Part shown: piece by piece, positions 56,481 through 64,000 of the stretch
Layout of the letters: each line of letters begins with the position of its first letter
Position numbering within the stretch: the stretch's first letter is position 1
Source: Eledone cirrhosa
Lineage: Eukaryota
DNA: 64,000 bases
Assembly: GCA_964016885.1 (NCBI GenBank)
Contig: OZ024752.1
Location: 35,960,001 to 36,024,000, forward strand
Reading direction: 5' to 3'
Position numbers and translations under genes: made by a program
The notes under the pieces: generated by a model
Seen by the model: the letters and a program-made list of their open reading frames with translations, nothing else
Database searches by the model: none
What the model was told of the DNA's origin: nothing

Positions 56481-57231
56481 GGACCATATCCTTGTGGTTG
56501 TTTTCATTATCTATATAGAACCTCTACAGTATTGCATAATCATTCTTTGTCGAGTCAACGAAGAGACCTCTACATGGTTACTCGATCTGTTAGAAATAAC
56601 TACTAAATCTCCCTCAAATCACACCGATAGTACATTGGATAATGTAGTATTTGATACCACTAAAAAGACGGTAGGGACACGACAGAAATATATTTGATTG
56701 ACTACATTATATGTCTGCTGGATCTAGGCTTATGTAAAAGCTAACCAACATCAACATCATCGTTGTAAAGTTTGCTTTGTTCTTGGCGAGAATTCTTCTT
56801 CTTCTTCTTCTTCTTCTTCTTCTTCTTCTTCTTCTTCTTCTTCTTCTTCTTCTTCTTCTTCTTCTTCTTCTTTTTTTTCTTCTTCTCCTTCATCAACTTA
56901 TTCCTTGGAGGGTCGTGGGGGAAGGCAGGTGTTATATCAGAGTTTTCCTTCTCCTAGAATTATGCCTTGACAAAGGCTAAGGGGGTCATCTCTCCTGGTG
57001 ATTTTGGATGGCCATTGACTCTTAAGAGCTCCTTTGCCCTTTGACAGGTTTTGTTTTTAGTCCTGCAGGATGTCCAAAGTCACCCTCCTCACCAAGAAAC
57101 CTTGGTGGGGTTGCCAGTTTAGTCGCCAATGACCCGACCATGGGACAGGCTGTACTGGGATACATGTTACCAGTAGCACCAACTGGTGACCTGACATGAA
57201 TATATACATACATATATATATACATGACATG

Positions 57232-57263
<32 letters not shown>

Positions 57264-57289
57264 CATGTATATATATATATATACATGTC

Positions 57290-57850
57290 GAACACTCTTT
57301 CCAGCAGGTCATGTCAGAAGCGACCATCTGCAATTGATCCAGCTGGGTCCTCAAGCGTGACATGCTGAGCTCATGGATGTTATCCAACAATCTTTGCTCA
57401 GGGTCTACCCTTGGGTCTCCCGCTGGTTGGTTCTGCCCGAAAAATCTGTCCAGCGATTCTTTCCTCAGACATTCTGATCACATGTCCATAGTATCGGAGC
57501 CGTGATCTCTCAATTCGGAGAAGTAGTGGCTCTACCTGAAATGACTCTCTGGTCTCTGAGCTACGTACTCAATCTAGTAACGTTACTCCAAAGACCCTTC
57601 AGAGGAACCCCGTTTCGGCTGCTTATATTCGCAATGGTATTCTTTCGGTCATTACCCAAGATCCATGACCATAGGTAAGGGTTGGCATGAATACCAAATC
57701 GATGATAGTGAATTTGGCCTTTACATCTACCTCTTTTCTCCTGATAACGAAATGCTGAAGCTAGTGTATTACTGCACCAGTTCCTGCAATTCTTGCACTT
57801 AATTCAGCCTACTTGAACGTCTGCACCTGCTTCAGTGGAATTCCATTCAC
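57290..57850 (-). pseudogene. RTE LINE 3' fragment
   Basis: Minus strand: MPTLTYGHGSWVMTERI...IxAAETGFL.RVFGVT, R..GHVIRMSEERIAGQIFRAEPTSGRPKGRP, LDNIHELSMSRL. Confidence 0.8.
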
Positions 57851-58602
57851 ATTTAAAGTGCAGTGCAAGAAATATTGTTTATTTTTGGTACATTTCAGCA
57901 ATGTGGTATGTGTGCTGTTTTCATAAGAGTACCTCCTACGCCCTACGCTCTAGCTTTGTATATACAGTGGATCCACATCTTACGCCGCCGAAGTTAGCTT
58001 TGCCTGACAGAGTTACAGAGTCAAAAAAAAAAATAATAAATAAAGTACCAGTAACGCACTGGTTCGATTGAATCGATTTCAACACCCAGCCGCTCCACCC
58101 CACCTTCCCTTCAAATTACTGGCTTTGTGCCAAAAGCAGAAACAAAAATATTTTCCGACCTCATATATTAAAACCGCGGCATCTGCGGGCCCACTGTAGT
58201 TGGCTTCTAGCATTCCAGCAAAGAAAAGGGGGGAAAAAATAGAAATGTTTCTTCACGTCAGAAAGATTATGCCAAACAATTACCATTCAATCAATTCATT
58301 TATTTTGTTGCTTGCTGCTTTTTGTTGTTGTTGTTGTTGTTGTTGTTGTTCTGTTGTTCTGAGAACATATTTTAGTGATAGTTTATTTTAGGCGGATTGT
58401 TTATAATATCGGGTTACAGCCGAAACTAATATATCCCTATATTTAGGAAACTGTTGCTTATTTATCATAGAAGGTTATAATAGAGATTTCTCAGTTAACT
58501 TTAGAACTGGGTTACGTAACGTTTCAGAACCTTTAGAGCACTCATGGGTAAACTAGGACCCGTTGGGATTTCAGTATGACATTGCTTTGAATGTTTTAGC
58601 AT

Positions 58603-59232
58603 TGCGGCCCGCCTTGTGATGAGCGATGTCCTATGCGGCCCGCCTTGTGATGAGCCATGTCCTATGCGGCCCGCTTTGTGATGAGCCATGTCCTATGCGG
58701 CCCGCCTTATGATGAGCCACGTCCTATGCGGCCCGCCTTGTGATGAGCCACGTCCTATGCGGCCCGCCTTGTGATGAGCCATGTCCTATGCGGCCTACCT
58801 TATGATGAGCCACGTCCTATGTGGCCTACCTTATGATGAGCCACGTCCTATGTGGCCTACCTTATGATGAGCCACGTCCTATGCGGCCTACCTTATGATG
58901 GGCCACGTCCTATGTGGCCTACCTTATGATGAGCCACGTCCTATGCAGCCCACCTTATGATGAGCCACGTCCTGTTCGGCCTACCTTATGATGAGCCACG
59001 TCCTATGCGGCCTACCTTATGATGAGCCACGTCCTATGTGGCCTACCTTATGATAAGCCACGTCCTATGCGGCCTACCTTATGATGGGCCACGTCCTATG
59101 CGGCCTACCTTATGATGAGCCACGTCCTATGCGGCCTACCTTATGATGAGCCACGTCCTATGCGGCCTACCTTATGATGAGCCATGTCCTATGCGGCCTA
59201 CCTTATGATGAGCCACGTCCTATGCGGCCCAC
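58603..59232. repeat. 31-bp minisatellite, ~20 copies
   Basis: Unit gcggccyrccttrtgatgagccaygtcctat. Confidence 0.96.
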
Positions 59233-59349
59233 TACTCGAAAGAGATTGTCCATGCATACTATATAGCATAGTGGTCTTTAGCGTCAAAATTTAGATATGA
59301 CATTCGTTTTAGCAGGGTTATTAAAAAACTTCTCTAATTTTGTTTTTTT

Positions 59350-60070
59350 TATAATTGTTTCTACTTTTGGCACAAGGCCAGCAATTACCCCACTGCATTA
59401 CTGGTACTTTATTTTATCAACCTCATAGGTATGAAAGACAAAGTTAACTTCAGCGGGATTTGAACTGAGACCTTAAAGGGCCGTAACTCTATGCTGCAAA
59501 GCATAGCGTTCGACCCTCTACCGATACTGCCAATTCAACGCCATTTTTTTTTTTTTTGTTAAATAATTGTTTCTACATTTGGCACAAGGCCAGCAATTTT
59601 CCAGTACATTACTGGTACTTTATTTTATCGACCCCGTAAGGATGAAAGGCAAAGTTAACCTCGGTGGGATTTGAACTCAGTCTGTAAAGGGACGTAACTA
59701 TGCTAGAAAGCATGGCGTCCGACCCTCTACCCCATACTGCCAATCCACCAATGGTTTCTGATTTAGGTACAAGGCCAACAATTTTTTTGTGGGGAGGGAA
59801 AGTCGATTAAATCGATCCTAGGGCGTTACTGGTACTTTATTTTATCGACCACGTAAGGATGAAAGGCAAAGCTAACATCGGCGGGATTTAAAATAAGAAC
59901 GTAAGGGGCCGTAACTCTATGCCACGAAACATGCTGTCCGACGACACTCTACCGATAATAGCACAAGGCCATCAATTTCGGGGAAGGAGAAAGCCGATTG
60001 AACAGACGCCAGGGCGTTACTGGTACTTTATTTTTATCGATCCCCCGAAAGGATGAAAGGCCAAGTTGAC
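59350..60070 (-). mobile_element. Stacked Nin/Deu SINE copies
   Basis: Four copies of the family consensus. Confidence 0.85.
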
Positions 60071-60927
60071 TGACCTTCATGTCATGGATACACTACATGA
60101 AAACGATGGTTTTAAAAGGTGCCACCAATGGGTTTCTAACACCTACTTCGCCTAACAAATGGTAAATATATCTGGTATATTTACGATGTCAGGTCACGCT
60201 TCAGTGCTGCTGGTAGCATGTAATCCAGTACAACCTGTCGCATGGTCGGGTCGTCGGCGACTAAACCGGCATCCCCACCAAGTTTACTTAGTGAGGAGGG
60301 TGATTTTGAACACCCCTGCAGGACAAAAAACAAAACCTGACAAAGGGTGACAGAACTAATAAGAGTCAACGGCCATCTAAAAAAAAAAAAAAAATCCTGC
60401 CAAATCAATAGATGGCAGCGTTCCAGCTGCACGCATTGAAAGACTGGTGTAGCGGTTCTGAGAACAATGCGGCTTTACAGATGATTAATGCAAATTGACA
60501 AGGGAAAGGCGCTTAGTTAGAAGAGAACTATTGACCTTCAGGAAAAGCAGCGAGCCCTGATTGTATTCAGCAGCCGAAACAAATATGAAGTACATCAAAT
60601 CCAATGCTCCTAGGGGCAGCCCTGGTTCATCTTATTTGCGAGTGTAAACTCGGTCAGAATAGAAAAAATAATATATCTGGTATAGACACGTCTCAAAATG
60701 TTCTACTTCTGTTGATTCTATTTTAAAGATTGTGGACTTTAAATGTTTTGATATTTGATCGAGAATTATTTCAAAATTATTTTCAAATCTAATGGTTTTC
60801 ATTAATTTCTGACGGTATGAAAGTACGGATATGTTTTTTTTGTTTTTTTTATGTAATCCAATGATATGCGGGCAATAGTTCATTGATGATGTGATTACAC
60901 ACACACACATACACACACACACATACA

Positions 60928-61013
<86 letters not shown>

Positions 61014-61017
61014 TACA

Positions 61018-61086
<69 letters not shown>

Positions 61087-61120
61087 ACACACAAATTTAC
61101 AGACATACGCACACACACAC

Positions 61121-61165
<45 letters not shown>

Positions 61166-61492
61166 AATGAGTTATGTGCTTTGTAGATGAGTATTCAACA
61201 GAATTATGTTCATAACAGATATGAAGCACTCGACAGATAATTTTTATCTGGAGTATTATATATATATATATTATTAAGGGGCGGACGCCATGCTTTCCAG
61301 CATAGTTACGTCCCTTTACGATTTGAATTCAAATCCCGCCGAGGTTCACTTTGCCTTTCATCCTTACGGGGTCGATAAAATAAAGTACCAGTAATGTACT
61401 GGGTAATTGCTGGCTTTGTACCAAAAGTAGAAACAATTATTATTATTATTAACAATAGTCATAAATGGTATATATCACTATAGCATCATATT

Positions 61493-61552
61493 TATTTTAT
61501 TATACATATTTCAAGGATACTAAATTGTAGTATGCTTTCATCAGATAAAATA
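61493..61552 (-). ncRNA. Type I minimal hammerhead ribozyme
   Basis: Minus strand: tattttat-CTGATGA-aagcatact acaattt agtatcctt-GAAA-tatgta-TA-ataaaata. Confidence 0.83.
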
Positions 61553-61654
61553 CAATATTTGATATATAAGATAGTGACATACCCAAAGTATAAACCTCCA
61601 GCGTCAGCTTACAACGGGTATGTATATATTGACACATACACATTGTAAGCGTCT

Positions 61655-61738
<84 letters not shown>

Positions 61739-61782
61739 AAGTTAAATAAAAGTCAAATGATTAAAATTTAGCTTCGTTTATT

Positions 61783-61837
61783 ACTGCTATATATATTTCA
61801 GTGACAGCCATCTTTGGCTGTGACCTCTTCAGGCAGT
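61783..61837 (-). ncRNA. Type I minimal hammerhead ribozyme
   Basis: Minus strand: actgc-CTGAAGA-ggtcacagcca aaga tggctgtcact-GAAA-tatata-TA-gcagt. Confidence 0.87.
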
Positions 61838-61975
61838 TTGAATTAGTATGGTATAGACAAGTACATATGTTGTTTAGGTGTATGATATTGTCAATACTCT
61901 GATATGCCCAGTTCCTTGTTGGGTTGTTAATTCACTGTCAAAATCTATATATATATATATATATATATTCATTGT

Positions 61976-62034
<59 letters not shown>

Positions 62035-62035
<1 letters not shown>

Positions 62036-62292
62036 AGTAAGTATGTTTTGAAACAGTGAGCGAGTTTGAAATTAGAAAATATATAGCTTTCACCGTATTT
62101 TTAACTAAAGGAATTTTAGCTTGATAACGGGGTTTAGAACCCTCAGATAAATGGAAAAAGATGAGTATTGACGTACATGTACGTATTGACGTACATGTAC
62201 GTCAATACTGATCTTTTTCCATTTATCTGCTGGTTCTAAACCCCGTTATCAAGCTAAAATTCCTTTAGTTAAAAATACGGTGAAAGCTATAT
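62035..62292. repeat. Fold-back element between (TA)n tracts (family also at 11053 and 12055)
   Basis: Arms ~62080-62180 and ~62190-62292; apex at a duplicated gacgtacatgtacgt palindrome. Confidence 0.8.
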
Positions 62293-62324
62293 ATATATAT
62301 ATATATATAGTTTTAATATAGATG

Positions 62325-62375
62325 AGATTCTACAGGACTAGAACTGTTTCATTCTTTAGAAATCATCAGGAATCT
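62325..62375 (-). ncRNA. Type I hammerhead ribozyme (24806 family)
   Basis: Exact reverse complement of 24806-24856; the inverted arm resumes at ~62396. Confidence 0.85.
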
Positions 62376-62486
62376 GGGTATCAAAAAATAAATATGTAGA
62401 ATCTCATCTATATTAAAACTTTTATACTCTGCAATGTATTGAGTACCTTACTTACTGTGGTTACCTCCGATTCAACCCGGAATAAC

Positions 62487-62524
<38 letters not shown>

Positions 62525-63022
62525 GTGGAGAAATATATAAAGGAGAACAAACCGTTAAAACATGTTTATTTAAAATAGCACCTACATACGTTTCGCTTCT
62601 CAAGGGCATAAAAAACTAAAAAGCGTTCCTTAGGTGACCCGGAATATATGGGGTGGGATATGTATAGCTACTGTTGCTCAGAGAGTGGGATTGGCTCAGT
62701 GCTCAGTCTTTCCTCACTTTTAAAAAATCCACGCACAGGCATCGCACGATAGCATTCATTGATAGTTATTAATAATTTTTCTACTTTTTGGCACAAGGCC
62801 AGCAATTACCTAGTACATTACTGGTACTTTATTTTATCGACCCCGTAAGGATGAAAGGCAAAGTTAACCTCGGCGGGATTTGAACTCAGAATGGAAAGGG
62901 TCGTAACTCTATGCGTCAAAGCATGACGTCCGACCCTCTACCGATATATATCGATAACGAGGGGACAGCCATCATGTAAAACTATATTCATTGAGTAATC
63001 AATGAACCATATTAATCTTTGG

Positions 63023-63077
<55 letters not shown>

Positions 63078-63286
63078 CTTTTATCCTTCTATGTTGTTTA
63101 CTTGTCTCACTCCCTTTACGCGACTCACTTGTCACAATAGCTTTTTTTAGTTATTGCTCGCACCAACCTGAGGTATATGATTTTTAATGCGATGAAATAC
63201 CAATGATAGTTGGCAAATCACTGACGAGGGACTAATTTTATAATATGTAACCCATGTGCAACCACGCAGTATTCCTCTTTCTTCTT

Positions 63287-63344
<58 letters not shown>

Positions 63345-63410
63345 ACAACCAGCGAAGGACGCGTTCCGGTCTTGTCCGACAGACAACCTTTTCCCCCACC
63401 CCGGAAAAAA

Positions 63411-63446
63411 CCCCAGTTGATGGATGTGAATCCGAAATATATAGGG
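63411..63446 (+). ncRNA. Degenerate minimal hammerhead
   Basis: ccc-CAGTTGA-t ggat gtga atcc-GAAA-tata-TA-ggg; two substitutions in the core. Confidence 0.5.
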
Positions 63447-64000
63447 ACTATTAAATCTCTCCCAAGGTAACTCTCTCTTGTGTTGTTATTTCTATGTTAT
63501 CCTTTATACTCTTCCCTTCATTCTACACATCTCACACATCTTATACACACCACGCATCTCAACGTACACCCACTTACATCTCTCTCTCCACCACCGGACC
63601 TTGTTACCCGGAGATTTACCCATTTGCATTGTCGAGGCTTCCAAACGACTTAAAGATATATATATATATATATATATATATATCCATATATATATATATC
63701 CACACATGGGAATATTTTGAGCTTTTCTCGTTGTTGTATGAGAGATAGTTGAACCACTGTTAGGGGATAGAGAAGTTAAGAAGGTGGGTAAAGACCAAAT
63801 ATTTTTGAAACCAGGGTAACTGGAAGTCTTTATTGCAGAAGGTTGTATGAATGGTGAAGCGATTTGAATCTTTATGTGTGTAGACACAACATTTTAGTAA
63901 AAAGTTAGACTGGATATCAGATTCGTAAACGACAGATAGTGAGATATCTATGTTTCAAAAGCAGAATAAGAGATGTAAAGATATAGAGCGGTGTAGGACA

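Noticed and set aside
62578-62640. Minus-strand gc-GAAA-cg-TA-tgtaggtg hammerhead half
   Set aside because: The CUG of the core is missing; too degraded to call.
63215-63265. CTGACGA followed by ggg...ccc
   Set aside because: No correctly placed GAAA or stem I partner.
63700-64000. Unique sequence at the window end, possibly coding
   Set aside because: No recognisable motif in the frames I translated; truncated by the window edge.

Overview
Non-coding, repeat-dominated eukaryotic DNA, AT-rich and full of (TA)n, (CA)n and (CATA)n tracts. The SINE repertoire suggests a mollusc, probably an octopod cephalopod (inference). I found no convincing host protein-coding gene; most listed ORFs are microsatellite translations. 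Recognisable elements: two mariner pseudo-transposons (one internally deleted with 105-bp TIRs, one near full length); a Merlin/IS1595-type deletion derivative; hAT, RTE, CRE and Penelope-like (PLE) reverse-transcriptase fragments; two tRNA-derived SINE families; a non-autonomous RTE-derived element; and several satellites (37, 42, 31 and ~11 bp units). The main hidden signal is about 20 type-I hammerhead ribozyme (HHR) motifs from more than 10 sequence families. They sit in short segments wedged between (TA)n tracts, and many form head-to-head fold-back palindromes whose apex lies in or beside the ribozyme. Variants include a compensatory U3-A8 core and HHRs with greatly expanded stem II. This looks like a diverse system of microsatellite-associated, ribozyme-bearing PLE or retrozyme remnants. 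All folds were read by eye; none was computed or tested.
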